From: an uncultured Gemmatimonadales bacterium | GTDB lineage: Bacteria; Gemmatimonadota; Gemmatimonadetes; Gemmatimonadales; GWC2-71-9 | Assembly: GCA_963779755.1 (NCBI GenBank) | Contig: CAVZZO010000001.1 | Location: forward strand, 1,216,001 to 1,280,000 | Direction: 5' to 3' | DNA: 64,000 nt | Shown here: positions 1 through 10,450 of the stretch, piece by piece | Numbering within the stretch: position 1 is the first letter of the stretch | Layout of the letters: every line of letters begins with the position of its first letter | Made by a program: the position numbers and the translations under genes | The notes under the pieces: model-generated | Databases searched by the model: none | Seen by the model: the letters and a program-made list of their open reading frames with translations, nothing else | Told to the model about the DNA's origin: nothing

Positions 1-56
1 AAAGGGGAAAAGGTCGGAACTCCCGGCCCTTTCCCCTTTCCCCTTTCCCCTTTCCC
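1..56. repeat. Heptamer tandem repeat (CCCTTTC)x4 with inverted AAAGGGG arm, truncated at window edge
   Basis: CCCTTTC units at 27-54; complementary AAAGGGGAAAAGG at 1-13; just downstream of the RCC1 gene stop. Confidence 0.8.
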
Positions 57-68
57 GTATCCCCGCGT

Positions 69-1733
69 TCAGGGCTGTCCCAGGACCCGCGTAGGCGTGT
101 AGCTCGGCGTCATGGTGCCGTCTCCCAGCTGGCCGTACTGGTTGCCGCCCCAGCAGTAGAGGGCGCCGGCCACCGACAGGCCGCAGGTGAAGCTGGCGCC
201 GCTGCTCACCTGGCTGAAGGTGATGCCGCCGCTCACCTGTACTGGCGCGGATCTGATTGTGGTGGTGCCGTCGCCCACCTCACCATTGGCGTTCTTCCCC
301 CAGCACCAGGTGGTGCCCCCGGTGGTGATGCCGCACGCGTGGTCGCCACGGGCATTCAGGTTGGCGAACGTGTGTCCGCCCGCCACCATGGCGGGCGCCA
401 GGCGCTGGACCTGGGTCCCGTCGCCTACCTGTCCTTCGGCGTTCCGCCCCCAGCACCAGGCGCTGTCGGCGGAATCCACAGCGCAGGTAAAGTCTCCGCC
501 GCTGTAGACCGAATCGTACGCCATGCCGCCCTGGACGGCGACCGGAGCGAACTGGTCACTCGTCGTGCCGTCGCCGAGTTCGCCGTCGCCGTTCCGGCCC
601 CAGCAGTAGGCGAGGCCGGAGGTATCGAGCCCGCAGGTATGGCCGCCCCGCGCGCTGAGATCGCTGAAGGTGTACCCGGGCACCTGAACCGGCACATCGG
701 CTTGGGCGCTGCCACCGGTGCCCAGGGCACCCTCGTAGCCGCGGCCCCAGCACCAGGCCTCGCCGGCCGAGGTCAGGCCGCAGACATGGGCGTAGCCGGC
801 CGTCAGCGTCGCGAAGATGTGGCCGCCCGCCACCGGGGCGGGGGCGAGCTCCCGGTGGCCCGAGTTGTCCCCCACCTGGCCCTCGACGTTGGCACCCCAG
901 CAGTACGCTGCTCCGGCCGGCGTGAGGCCGCAGGTGAACTGCCCGCCGGGAAAGAGCGAGGCGAAGGTGACGTTCCCCTGGACTGCGACGGGTCCTGCCC
1001 GGTTGGTGAGGGTGCCGTCGCCCAGCTGGCCCTCGCTGTTGAGCCCCCAGCAATAGGCCTTGCCGGCCGCGGTCAGGCCGCAGGTGTGATCCACACCGCC
1101 CTGGCTGGCGGGAAAGGAGAGGAAGATGAACGCGCCCCGGGCGGTGGCGGACTTGCCTTCCACCGACGCCGTGATGGTGGCGGAGCCCTGCGCCATCCCG
1201 GTGACGGTACCGTTCGCATCAACCCTGGCTACGGTGGTATCGCTGCTGGTCCAGGTGATGGCGCGGCCCTGCAGGACCTCGCCCTGCGCGCCGGTGACGG
1301 TTGCCGTAAGTGGCTGCGCCACGCCCACGGGCGTGGTGAAGGTGTCGGGAGCGAGGGCGACCCGGGCCACGGGAATCTGCGCCACGGCGATCGCCGCCGC
1401 GCCGGAGCGCGACTGGGCCGTGTTGGTGAGTGTCGCGGTAATGGTGACCCGGCCGGAGCCGACGCCGGCGACCAGCCCGGTGCCGCTCACCGTCGCGACA
1501 CCGGGATCGCTCGACGACCAGCGAAAGGACACGTTGCTCACCGGCTGGCCGCCGGCGTCGCGCGCTTCCGCCTGGAGCTGCAGCTGAGCGCCGACGTCCA
1601 GGCTGCCGCTGTCGGGCGTCACGAGCACGGCGGCGACGGACGGCCCGGAGGGGCCGGTCGAATCCTTGCTCCCGCCGCAGGCGACCAGCGCCACTGCGGC
1701 GAGGCAGCAGGGCAGCCAACGCATGAGACGCAT
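69..1733 (-). CDS. Lipoprotein with two Ig-like (Big_2) domains and a 7-repeat RCC1/BLIP-II beta-propeller
   Basis: Lipobox [15 protein letters not shown] and [11 protein letters not shown]ig_2 motifs; seven CWGxNxxGQ/ExG-type repeats; ATG at 1733 preceded by AGGAG. Confidence 0.85.
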   Translation of the reverse strand: MRLMRWLPCCLAAVALVACGGSKDSTGPSGPSVAAVLVTPDSGSLDVGAQLQLQAEARDAGGQPVSNVSFRWSSSDPGVATVSGTGLVAGVGSGRVTITATLTNTAQSRSGAAAIAVAQIPVARVALAPDTFTTPVGVAQPLTATVTGAQGEVLQGRAITWTSSDTTVARVDANGTVTGMAQGSATITASVEGKSATARGAFIFLSFPASQGGVDHTCGLTAAGKAYCWGLNSEGQLGDGTLTNRAGPVAVQGNVTFASLFPGGQFTCGLTPAGAAYCWGANVEGQVGDNSGHRELAPAPVAGGHIFATLTAGYAHVCGLTSAGEAWCWGRGYEGALGTGGSAQADVPVQVPGYTFSDLSARGGHTCGLDTSGLAYCWGRNGDGELGDGTTSDQFAPVAVQGGMAYDSVYSGGDFTCAVDSADSAWCWGRNAEGQVGDGTQVQRLAPAMVAGGHTFANLNARGDHACGITTGGTTWCWGKNANGEVGDGTTTIRSAPVQVSGGITFSQVSSGASFTCGLSVAGALYCWGGNQYGQLGDGTMTPSYTPTRVLGQP

Positions 1734-1859
1734 AATCTCTCCTGAGATGATCAAGGCGCGCCGGCGGCGAATGCCGCCGGCCTGATGGTCAGCAACATTC
1801 CCGGATGCAGGGCAAAAGGCTGTGAGGGGAATCACCCGGCCGCTGGAGCCGGGCGCACG

Positions 1860-2258
1860 TCACACGGGTGGCGCGTCCGGCTCCAGGCGGAGCAGGGTCT
1901 GGATCTTGCGCTGCAGCGAGTAGCCGTCAAAGGGCTTGGCGATATAGGGCGTGGCCGCGTTCAGCACGCGGTTGCGGAAGGTCTCCTCGGTGGAGAAGCC
2001 GCTCATGTAGAGCATCGGGAGCGACGGCCGGCGGGTGGCGACCTCGCGACCCAGCTCGTAGCCGTCCATTCCCGGCATCATGACATCGGTGATGATGAGG
2101 CCGATACCCGTACCGGATTCCGCATCCAGTATCCGGAGCGCCGAGGTTCCGTCGGTGGCCTCCGTGATCCTGTAGCCGAGGCTCTCCAGCATACGTCGGA
2201 GGACGGGGCGCAGGTTCTCGTCATCGTCCACCAGCAGGATGTGGATCTCACCCGACAA
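1860..2258 (-). CDS. Stand-alone response regulator receiver domain
   Basis: ILLVDDD, ITDVMMPG, MSG and AKPF motifs; TTG start with AGGAGG SD. Confidence 0.9.
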   Translation of the reverse strand: MSGEIHILLVDDDENLRPVLRRMLESLGYRITEATDGTSALRILDAESGTGIGLIITDVMMPGMDGYELGREVATRRPSLPMLYMSGFSTEETFRNRVLNAATPYIAKPFDGYSLQRKIQTLLRLEPDAPPV

Positions 2259-2490
2259 TGAACACCTCCTTGAAGAACGTGACCCATGCCTCTACCAGCA
2301 CGATAGGCAACGGGGTCTGCCGGGTTGAATGAGGCCCCTCACGGAAAAGGCGTGAGCCTTTCACGCCCATCATGTAGTTCAGCGCGCACGCCGGGCGTGA
2401 GGGGAGTCACCGCTTTCTGGGCTCTCCGCGCGGTGCACGGTTATCTTGTGCCGGGTCCCCCTCTGACCATTCCCCAAACGGCGGCGTACC

Positions 2491-5400
2491 ATGCTGGCGC
2501 TTCTGCTGCTTCCCCTGCTTCTGGCCGACACCTCCACCGGGCCGCTGCCCTACTGGCAGCAGCGGGTGAGTTACGACATTTCCGCCTCGCTGGATGAGCC
2601 GAGCGGCGTGCTGAGCGGCGGCGAGCGCATCTGGTACATCAACCGGTCGCCCGATACCTTGAGCACCTTTGCGCTGCATCTCTATCTCAATGCCTTCCGG
2701 CCCGGCTCCCGCTGGTCCGACGCCGATTCCGCCGAAGGCCGCCGGCGCTTCAACGACCTGCAGGATCCGGATTTCGGGTTCAACCATGTGACCGACGTGC
2801 GGATCATGGGACAGCCGGCGACCCCGGTCTATCCCTTCGCCCCGGACAGCACCATCGTGCGGTTCGAGTTGCCGCACCGGCTGCTGCCGGGCGATTCCAT
2901 GGAGATCACCCTGCGCTACGATGCGCGGCCCAGCACGGTGGCGCGGCGGCAGGGGCGGGAAGGCCGGCGGTTCGATTTCGCCCAGTGGTACCCGCGGGTC
3001 GTCACCTATGACCGTTACGGCTGGGAGGAGCATCCACTCTATCCCGCGGGCGAGTTCTACGGCGAGTTCGGGACCTTCCGCGTGCTGCTGGATGTGGCGG
3101 CGGACCAGGTGGTCGGCGCGACTGGCGTGCCGGTGTGCGGGGATCCCGGCTGGGCGCAGGCCAACCGGGTTGCGGAACATCCGGTGGAGTACCAGCGGGA
3201 CTTCTACCAGGACGGCAGGACGGCAGGACGGCAGGATCGCAAACCGGTCGACTGCGACGTCTACACCCCGGAGCAGTTGCAGGGGCTGCCGGCGCGGCCG
3301 GCGCCCGGGCGGAAGCGGATCTACTGGGTGGCGAAGGACGTGCACCACTTCGCCATGTCGCTCAACCCGGACTTCCGCTACGAGGGCGGGCGCTACCGCG
3401 ACGTGGTGGTGCACGTGCTTTACCAGCCGGGCGACGCGAAGACCTGGGGCAGCGGTGTGGCGGTGCAGCGTACCGTGGCCGCGCTGGACTGGCTGCAGCG
3501 CATCTTCGGCCCGTTCCTGTGGCCCCAGATCACCAACGTGCACCGGATCGAGGGCGGCGGCACCGAGTTCCCCATGATGATCATGAACGGCGGCGCCTCC
3601 CAGGGCCTCATCGTGCACGAGCTGGGGCACAACTACCTGATGGGCATGCTGGCCAATAACGAGTGGCGGGAAGGCTGGATGGACGAGGGCTTCACCAGCT
3701 TCCAGAGCGCGCTCTTCAACGAGGCGCATGGCGGTCGCGACCAGTATCCCGGCCTGGAGAATTTCATCCTGGGGTTCGATCTGGACGGCTACAGCGAGCC
3801 GGTGAGCCTGGTGAGCGAGGATTACCGCGACTTCACCACCTACAACATCATGATCTACGCCAAGGGCGAGCTCTTCCTCTATGAGTTGCGGTATCTGGTG
3901 GGCGACGAGAACCTGGTGCGCATCCTGCACACCTACTACGAGCGCTGGAAACTGAAGCACGTGAACGAGGACGCCTTCCGCGAGGTGGCGGAAGAGGTCT
4001 CGGGGATGGATCTGAAGCCGTTCTTCGCCCAGTGGCTGCACGGGACTCCGCTGTTCGACTACAGTGTGGGCCGGCTCCGCCGCTCCCATCTCGTGGACGG
4101 CACCTGGCAGACGAAGGTCGAGGTGGTGCGGCATGCGGACGGCATGCTGCCGGTGGATGTGATGGTGCAGAGCGGGCAGGACACGGTGACGGTGCGCAGC
4201 AAGGGGCTGGCGGAGCGGGAATGGGTGACCGTGGTGACCCGGGGGAAGCCGAAGGAGGTGGTGCTGGATCCGGAGGTGCGCACCCACGACTGGAACATGC
4301 TGAACAACCGGAAGGGCTTCGGCTGGTTTCACTCACACGGCCGGCCGGACTTCTACCTGGACAAGTTCGTGAGCACCGAGGTCCGGCGGGACCGCCGCAC
4401 GGTGGGGGTCGCCCCCGTCGGCTGGTACAACGACGTGGGCGGGCTCACCGTGGGGCTGCAGAGCCGCTCCGATTACCTGGGCCGGTTCAACCAGAACCTG
4501 GTGCGGGTAAGCCGGACCACCGGTGCCGGGGTCGATGCGGACCCGAAGGACTGGAACGTCGAGTTGCGGCTGCGGAACCCGGTCCAGTTCCGGTCGCCCC
4601 GGACCGGCCAGGAGCTGGACGTGCTCGTGGGCGAGGGGCGCAGCGCGGTGACGGCCTCGCTGCAGCATCACAACAGGAACCACTTCGGCTTCGGGCCCGA
4701 GACGACCACGGGTGTTTCGCTGCAATGGGTAGCGACTACCGGATTGCTGGCCTATCTCATTCCCGGCCGCTGGGAGGACGCGGGCACGGTGGAAGGGCAG
4801 GCCTGGGGCCGGATCACCGGACGGCACGGCGGCTGGGACCTGACGGGCCGGCTGTCGCTGGGAGGCGGGGTGGAGTACCTCAACCAGACCAGCGGGACGG
4901 TGCTGAACCAGGCCTATGATGCCGAAGGCTATTTCCGCGGAGAGGGAGAAGCCGCCGCCCGGCACGGGCTGGGGGACCATGCCACCCTGGGATTCCGGTT
5001 CTACGCCGGAGCGGCGCTGGCGGCGCACGACGTGGTCAAGCAGCGCCAGATCTTCCTGGCCGGCGCCGACCCGTATGCGCTGCTGGGCAATCCCTTTCTG
5101 CGCTCGCGCGGATCACTCTTCCGGGGGTCGGATTTCTACTACCATGCGCCCGGCGGCGGCAATCTGCGCGGCTTCTCGCCGGCGATGAGCGGCACCCAGG
5201 TCTACGCCCTCTCGGTGGAACTGGAGCGCACGGTGCTGCGGCGTCCCCGGGCCGGTCTCTTCAACCGGGTAAGCCTGGCGGCCTTCGGGGACGGGGCTCT
5301 GAGCGACGCCGGCCTGCTCCCGGGGGCCGGCCCCGAGAACCTCAACGCCTTCGGTGACGCGGGTGTCGGGCTGCGGATCGGCCACCGGCTGGGCCAGACG

Positions 5401-5511
5401 AACTTCGTCACCCGGTTCGACCTGCCGGTGTTCGTCAGCCGGCCCCTGCTGGCACAGGACACCCACCCGGCGAATCAGGTGGGGTTCCGGTGGACGTTCA
5501 GCCTGGAATAG
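2491..5511 (+). CDS. Secreted M1-family (gluzincin) aminopeptidase with long C-terminal beta-rich, barrel-like region
   Basis: Signal peptide; YWQQ...Y.I.A.LD, AQWYPR, GGTEFP, HELGH...WMDEG, IYAKG; C-terminal amphipathic strands ending FRWTFSLE. Confidence 0.85.
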   Translation: MLALLLLPLLLADTSTGPLPYWQQRVSYDISASLDEPSGVLSGGERIWYINRSPDTLSTFALHLYLNAFRPGSRWSDADSAEGRRRFNDLQDPDFGFNHVTDVRIMGQPATPVYPFAPDSTIVRFELPHRLLPGDSMEITLRYDARPSTVARRQGREGRRFDFAQWYPRVVTYDRYGWEEHPLYPAGEFYGEFGTFRVLLDVAADQVVGATGVPVCGDPGWAQANRVAEHPVEYQRDFYQDGRTAGRQDRKPVDCDVYTPEQLQGLPARPAPGRKRIYWVAKDVHHFAMSLNPDFRYEGGRYRDVVVHVLYQPGDAKTWGSGVAVQRTVAALDWLQRIFGPFLWPQITNVHRIEGGGTEFPMMIMNGGASQGLIVHELGHNYLMGMLANNEWREGWMDEGFTSFQSALFNEAHGGRDQYPGLENFILGFDLDGYSEPVSLVSEDYRDFTTYNIMIYAKGELFLYELRYLVGDENLVRILHTYYERWKLKHVNEDAFREVAEEVSGMDLKPFFAQWLHGTPLFDYSVGRLRRSHLVDGTWQTKVEVVRHADGMLPVDVMVQSGQDTVTVRSKGLAEREWVTVVTRGKPKEVVLDPEVRTHDWNMLNNRKGFGWFHSHGRPDFYLDKFVSTEVRRDRRTVGVAPVGWYNDVGGLTVGLQSRSDYLGRFNQNLVRVSRTTGAGVDADPKDWNVELRLRNPVQFRSPRTGQELDVLVGEGRSAVTASLQHHNRNHFGFGPETTTGVSLQWVATTGLLAYLIPGRWEDAGTVEGQAWGRITGRHGGWDLTGRLSLGGGVEYLNQTSGTVLNQAYDAEGYFRGEGEAAARHGLGDHATLGFRFYAGAALAAHDVVKQRQIFLAGADPYALLGNPFLRSRGSLFRGSDFYYHAPGGGNLRGFSPAMSGTQVYALSVELERTVLRRPRAGLFNRVSLAAFGDGALSDAGLLPGAGPENLNAFGDAGVGLRIGHRLGQTNFVTRFDLPVFVSRPLLAQDTHPANQVGFRWTFSLE

Positions 5512-5582
5512 GATTGAGGATTGAGGATTGTGGATTGAAGGGGGGGAGCCTCCTATCCCCGATCCTCATTCCTCGATCCCCA
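5511..5582. repeat. GAGGATT heptamer repeats followed by a degenerate inverted (GATCCCC/TCCTC) arm
   Basis: ggattgaggattgaggattgtggattga...tccccgatcctcattcctcgatcccc. Confidence 0.65.
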
Positions 5583-5617
5583 CTCCAGGCTCGCTCCGAT
5601 CCGTCTATCTTTCCGGT

Positions 5618-6205
5618 ATGACCATTCCAGGTTTCCGTCCCGGTGATTTCGGCCGGCGGGACTTTTTTCGCGGGACCTTCGGGGACTGGATCGACAAGGT
5701 AGTGCGGGAGGCGGAGGAGCGGGTGGTGGTCCAGCGCTACTACCGTCCCCCCGGCGCACGGCCGGAAATCGAGTTCCTGGCGGCCTGTACCCGCTGCGGC
5801 GACTGTATCAGCGTCTGTCCGGTGCATGCCATCATCAAGGTGCGCCCCGACGGGGGGCTGGCGGCGGGGACGCCCCATATCGATCCCCGGCTGCAGCCCT
5901 GTATCGCCTGTCCCGACATGCCCTGCGCCGCCGCCTGCCCCACCGACGCGCTCTCGGTGCCGGACCAGGGCTGGGAGGGGCTGCGCCTGGGCCAGCTGGA
6001 GCTGGTGCCCGAGCGCTGCGTCACCTTCCATGGCACCGCCTGCGGCCTGTGCGTGGGGGCCTGCCCCGTGGGCGAGAAGGCGCTGGCGCTGGACGACGAA
6101 GGCCGCCCGGTCCTGCGGGCCGAAGGCTGTGTCGGATGCGGGGTCTGTATCCGGACGTGCATTACGGCGCCGCCCTCGCTGGTCCTTTCTCACGTGGAGC
6201 GCTGA
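5618..6205 (+). CDS. Multi-[4Fe-4S] ferredoxin-type protein (NapF/NapG/MauM-like)
   Basis: RRDFF and RPPGA; CTRCGDCISVCP, CIACPDMPCAAACP, CGLCVGACP, CVGCGVCIRTC. Confidence 0.85.
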   Translation: MTIPGFRPGDFGRRDFFRGTFGDWIDKVVREAEERVVVQRYYRPPGARPEIEFLAACTRCGDCISVCPVHAIIKVRPDGGLAAGTPHIDPRLQPCIACPDMPCAAACPTDALSVPDQGWEGLRLGQLELVPERCVTFHGTACGLCVGACPVGEKALALDDEGRPVLRAEGCVGCGVCIRTCITAPPSLVLSHVER

Positions 6206-6555
6206 TGCCGGAAGTACCCTATCGCGTGGACAAGCCCTGGGGCCATGAGCTGGTCTGGGCCTGCACCGACCGCTACGTCGGCAAGATTCTCCATGTGAAG
6301 GCGGGCCATGTGCTGAGCCTGCAGTATCACCGCCGGAAGGACGAGACCATGCACGTCCTGGCCGGGGAGTTGATCCTGCGCCTCCAGCCGGGCGAGGCCC
6401 TGGAAGAGCGGCGGTTCCGCGCCGGCGAATCGGTTCACATCCCACCCGGCCTGATTCACCAGATCGAGGCGGTCCAGGACACCGATGTGCTGGAAGCCTC
6501 CACTCCCGAGCTCGACGACCTCGTTCGCCTCCAGGACCGCTACGGAAGGAGCTGA
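6205..6555 (+). CDS. Cupin protein (mannose-6-phosphate isomerase type II C-terminal-like)
   Basis: VDKPWG, LSLQYHRRKDET, HIPPGLIH; ATG overlaps the upstream TGA. Confidence 0.85.
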   Translation: MPEVPYRVDKPWGHELVWACTDRYVGKILHVKAGHVLSLQYHRRKDETMHVLAGELILRLQPGEALEERRFRAGESVHIPPGLIHQIEAVQDTDVLEASTPELDDLVRLQDRYGRS

Positions 6556-6558
6556 GGC

Positions 6559-7554
6559 ATGCAAGTGATCATCCCCCTGGCGGGCAAGGGCACGCGCCTG
6601 CGCCCGCATACCCATCTCGTGCCCAAGCCGCTCCTCAAGGTGGGTGGCCGCCCGGTCATGGACTGGGTGATGGACCGGCTGGAGGGGCTGGATGTCACCG
6701 AGCTGATCTTCATCACGGGGCATCTGAAGGAGCAGGTCGAGTCCTATTCGAAAGACCGCTACGGGATTCCCTGCCGCTATATCGAGCAGCAGGTGCAGGA
6801 CGGGACCGCGGGCGCGGTGAATCTCGCCCGGCCCCACATCCGGGAACCCATCCTGATCATCTTCGTGGACACGGTCTTCGAGGCCGATCTGGGCCTGATC
6901 AACCGCAGCGACGCGGACGGGATCATCTGGGCCAAGGAGGTGGAGGACTACCAGCGCTTCGGCGTGGTGGTGACCGACGATGAGGGCTACATGACCCGGA
7001 TCATCGAGAAGCCCTCGGAGCCCATCTCCAGGCTGGCCAACATCGGGCTGTACTTCATCCGCGACACCGGGGCCCTCTGGCAGGGTATCGACCATACCCT
7101 GGCCGCGGCACCGATGAAGGGCGAATACTTCCTCACCGATGCCTTCCAGTACATGATCGACCACGGGCGCCGGATTCTCACCGCCGAGGTGGCGGGATGG
7201 TACGACTGCGGCAAGCTGGAGACGCTGCTGGAGACCAACGAGATCCTGCTGGCCCAGGGGGCGGCCCGGCGGCGGGACTTCCCGGGCGTCACCATCCATG
7301 ATCCGGTATACATTGAGGACAACGTCTCGATCGAATCCAGCACCATCGGCCCCAACGTCAGCATCGAGGCCGGAACCCGGATTGCGGGCAGTACGCTCTC
7401 CCATACCCTGGTGGGGCCCGGGGCCCGGCTCCGCCATGCCCGGCTCACCCGCAGTATGCTGGGTGGCCAGGTCGTGGTCGAGGAGTTTGCCGGGCAGCTC
7501 TCGGTAGGCGACCATTCCGAAGTGCGGGGCAGCGAGGCAGCCGGCCCGGCTTGA
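6559..7554 (+). CDS. Sugar-phosphate nucleotidyltransferase with C-terminal left-handed beta-helix
   Basis: IPLAGKGTRLRPHT..PKPL, EKP, WYDCG, IGPNVSI repeats. Confidence 0.9.
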   Translation: MQVIIPLAGKGTRLRPHTHLVPKPLLKVGGRPVMDWVMDRLEGLDVTELIFITGHLKEQVESYSKDRYGIPCRYIEQQVQDGTAGAVNLARPHIREPILIIFVDTVFEADLGLINRSDADGIIWAKEVEDYQRFGVVVTDDEGYMTRIIEKPSEPISRLANIGLYFIRDTGALWQGIDHTLAAAPMKGEYFLTDAFQYMIDHGRRILTAEVAGWYDCGKLETLLETNEILLAQGAARRRDFPGVTIHDPVYIEDNVSIESSTIGPNVSIEAGTRIAGSTLSHTLVGPGARLRHARLTRSMLGGQVVVEEFAGQLSVGDHSEVRGSEAAGPA

Positions 7555-7584
7555 CCGTTTCCCGTACGGGAGGCACGTTAGAGA

Positions 7585-8847
7585 ATGCGGCAGAGCGATC
7601 TCATCTACGACTGGAACGACCACGAGGGGCGCTTCGACTGGCCGGCCGCGCGGGTCGAGTTGAACGACGAGACCCTGCGCGATGGTCTGCAGTCTCCTTC
7701 AGTCCGCGATCCCTCTCCCGAAGCCAAGCTCGAGTTGTTGCACCTGATGGCCGAGCTGGGCATAGCCTCGCTGGACATCGGGCTTCCCGGCGCCGGCCCC
7801 CGGCAGGTCGACCAGGTGCGCGCGCTGGCCCGGGAGATCGTCCGCGCCAGGCTGCCGCTCTCGCCCAACTGCGCGGCGCGGACGGTGGTGAAGGACGTGG
7901 AGCCCATCGTCACCGTCAGCGAGGAGGTCGGCATTCCGATCGAGGCGGCGACGTTCATCGGGTCGTCCGCCATCCGGCAGTACACCGAGGACTGGAGCCT
8001 GGAGCGGATGCTCCGGGCGAGCGAAGACGCGGTCACCTTCGCGGTGAAGCACGGGCTGCCGGTCATGTACGTCACCGAAGACACCACCCGGGCGCGGCCG
8101 GAGACGCTCAAGACTCTCTACGGCAACGCCATCGGCTGGGGCGCCCGGCGCATCTGCCTGGCCGACACGGTGGGCCATGCCACGCCGGACGGCGTACGCA
8201 GCCTGATCCGCTTCATCCGGGAAGAGGTGGTCAAACCGTCGGGCGAAGCGGTCAAGGTGGACTGGCACGGGCATCGCGACCGCGGCCTCGGCGTGGCCAA
8301 CTGCCTGGCGGCCATCGAAGCCGGGGCCGACCGGATCCACGCCACCGCCGTGGGCATCGGCGAACGGGTGGGCAATGCCGAGATGGACCTGCTGCTGGTC
8401 AACCTGAAGCTGCTGGGCACCCACGACCGCGACCTCTCCCGCCTGGCGGAGTATTGCCAGGTGGCCTCCGACGCCACCGGCGTCCCCATCCCGTCCAACT
8501 ATCCGGTCTTCGGCACCGACGCCTTCCGTACCGCCACCGGGGTGCACGCCGCGGCCATCATCAAGGCCAAGCAGAAGGGCGATGCCTGGCTGGCCGACCG
8601 GGTGTATTCCAGCGTGCCGGCAGGCGCGTTCGGCCTGTCGCAGCGGATCGAGATCTCGCCGCTGTCCGGCCTGTCCAACGTGCGCTACTGGATGGCGGAG
8701 CACGGCTACAATGCCGAGGACGCCGCACTGGTGCAGGCGCTCTTCGCCGCCGCCAAGGCGGCCGACCATGTTCTGGGAGACGACGAATGTCACGAGTTGA
8801 TCGCCGCGGCCCGCGCGCGCGCAAGCGTGGCTGATGTCCGCTCCTGA
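7585..8847 (+). CDS. LeuA-family DRE-TIM metallolyase (2-isopropylmalate/homocitrate synthase-like, no regulatory domain)
   Basis: DETLRDGLQ, LADTVG, HGHRDRG, GIGERVGNA, TGVHA; 420 aa. Confidence 0.8.
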   Translation: MRQSDLIYDWNDHEGRFDWPAARVELNDETLRDGLQSPSVRDPSPEAKLELLHLMAELGIASLDIGLPGAGPRQVDQVRALAREIVRARLPLSPNCAARTVVKDVEPIVTVSEEVGIPIEAATFIGSSAIRQYTEDWSLERMLRASEDAVTFAVKHGLPVMYVTEDTTRARPETLKTLYGNAIGWGARRICLADTVGHATPDGVRSLIRFIREEVVKPSGEAVKVDWHGHRDRGLGVANCLAAIEAGADRIHATAVGIGERVGNAEMDLLLVNLKLLGTHDRDLSRLAEYCQVASDATGVPIPSNYPVFGTDAFRTATGVHAAAIIKAKQKGDAWLADRVYSSVPAGAFGLSQRIEISPLSGLSNVRYWMAEHGYNAEDAALVQALFAAAKAADHVLGDDECHELIAAARARASVADVRS

Positions 8848-10444
8848 CGAGGTCTACCGGTCCTACTTCGACCTGCGCTGGCATTTCAATCCCGCCGCCG
8901 CCACCTCCGCCGGCTTCACCGGCGAGAACGGCCGGCTCGGCAGCTTCGATTCCGAATCCATGCGGGCCCACCTGGCCGCCTTCCGTGCGATGATGGGGGC
9001 GGTGGAAGAGCTGGCGCCCGACGATCTCCAGGCCGAAATCGACCGGACCGCCGTCCTGGGCGACGTCCGGAGTACCATCTTCCGCTTTACCTACGAAGAG
9101 CCGCACATCCGCAATCCCGCCTTCTGGCTGGGGCATCTCTACCAGTCCCTGTATGCCCTGCTGGACCGGCCGGAAGGCACGCCGGCGGAACGGGCCGGAT
9201 GGATGCTCGAACGCCTCCGCGGGGCGGCCGCCTTCCTGCGGAGCGCGCAGGAGACCCTGCGCGATCCGCCCCGGGTGTTCCTCGATACCGCCGCCGCCAT
9301 GGTGGAGGGCGGGGGCGTGCTGCTGGGGCAGGCGGCCGCGTTCTGCCGCGATCACCTGGAGCCCGGCGGCGAGGCGGTGGAGCAGGCCGCGGGGGACGCG
9401 GAGGCCGCGCTGGCGCGCTTCGGGTTGGCGCTGGGAACCGAACTGGCGGCCAGCAGCACCGAGACCGGCTTTGCCGTCGGCGAGGACCAGTTCAACCGGC
9501 GGCTGCACCACGAGCATGCGCTGAACGCCACCGCCCCGGAACTGTGGCGCTACGGCATGCACCTGGTGGAGGAGACCGAGGGCGAGCTGGTGAAACTCGC
9601 CGCACGGATCGAGCCGGGGACGCCCTGGCGCAGCCTGGTGGAGCGGTTGCGGGGCGCGGCACCGGTCGAGGGCGATCCGGTGGCGGTCTACCGGGAGGAA
9701 ATCGAGCGGTCGCTGGGCTTCGTGCGCGAGCGGGAGCTCATGACCATTCCGGAGGGCCCGCTGGTGGTGCTGCCCACCCCCGGCTACCTGCGCCCGCTCA
9801 TTCCCATCGCGGCGTACACCCCGCCGGGCGAATACTCGCAAGACCGGACCGGCCGCTTCTACGTGACCTCGGGCGCGCGTCCCGGACGCACCACCACTCT
9901 GGGCACCTGCCGCTACGAGCTGCCGACGACGGCTCTGCATGAGGGTTACCCCGGCCATCACCTCCAGCTGCTGCGGGCGCGGGACTCCGCCTCGGAGGTG
10001 CGGCGGGTGATCTGGACCCCGCTAACGGTCGAGGGCTGGGCGCTCTACTGCGAAGACATGATGGGCGAGGAGGGCTATTACCGCTCGCCCGAGGAGCGGC
10101 TGTTCCAGCGGCTGCACCTGCTGTGGCGCGCGGTACGGATCATCCTGGACATCGGCCTGCATACCCGCAGCATGTCGCCCGCCGCGGCCATCGTGTTTCT
10201 GATGGACAAGGTGCCGATGGACTACCGCGACGCCGAGGCGGAGGTCCGCCGCTACTGCGCCTATCCCACCTACCAGCAGAGCTATGCCGTGGGCCGGCGG
10301 GAGATCCGCGCGCTGCGCGACGACTGGCGCGCCCGCGCGGGGGGCGCCTACCGGCTGCGGGCATTTCACGACGACCTGCTGCAATATGGCGGGTTGCCGG
10401 TCTCACTGATTCGCTGGGGCATGGGTCTCGAATCGGGGGAGTGA
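8834..10444 (+). CDS. DUF885 family protein (zincin-like)
   Basis: HEGYPGHHLQ, EGWALYCE, RAVRIILDIGLH, EVRRY, FHDDLL..G. Confidence 0.9.
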   Translation: MSAPDEVYRSYFDLRWHFNPAAATSAGFTGENGRLGSFDSESMRAHLAAFRAMMGAVEELAPDDLQAEIDRTAVLGDVRSTIFRFTYEEPHIRNPAFWLGHLYQSLYALLDRPEGTPAERAGWMLERLRGAAAFLRSAQETLRDPPRVFLDTAAAMVEGGGVLLGQAAAFCRDHLEPGGEAVEQAAGDAEAALARFGLALGTELAASSTETGFAVGEDQFNRRLHHEHALNATAPELWRYGMHLVEETEGELVKLAARIEPGTPWRSLVERLRGAAPVEGDPVAVYREEIERSLGFVRERELMTIPEGPLVVLPTPGYLRPLIPIAAYTPPGEYSQDRTGRFYVTSGARPGRTTTLGTCRYELPTTALHEGYPGHHLQLLRARDSASEVRRVIWTPLTVEGWALYCEDMMGEEGYYRSPEERLFQRLHLLWRAVRIILDIGLHTRSMSPAAAIVFLMDKVPMDYRDAEAEVRRYCAYPTYQQSYAVGRREIRALRDDWRARAGGAYRLRAFHDDLLQYGGLPVSLIRWGMGLESGE

Positions 10445-10450
10445 CCCCGC

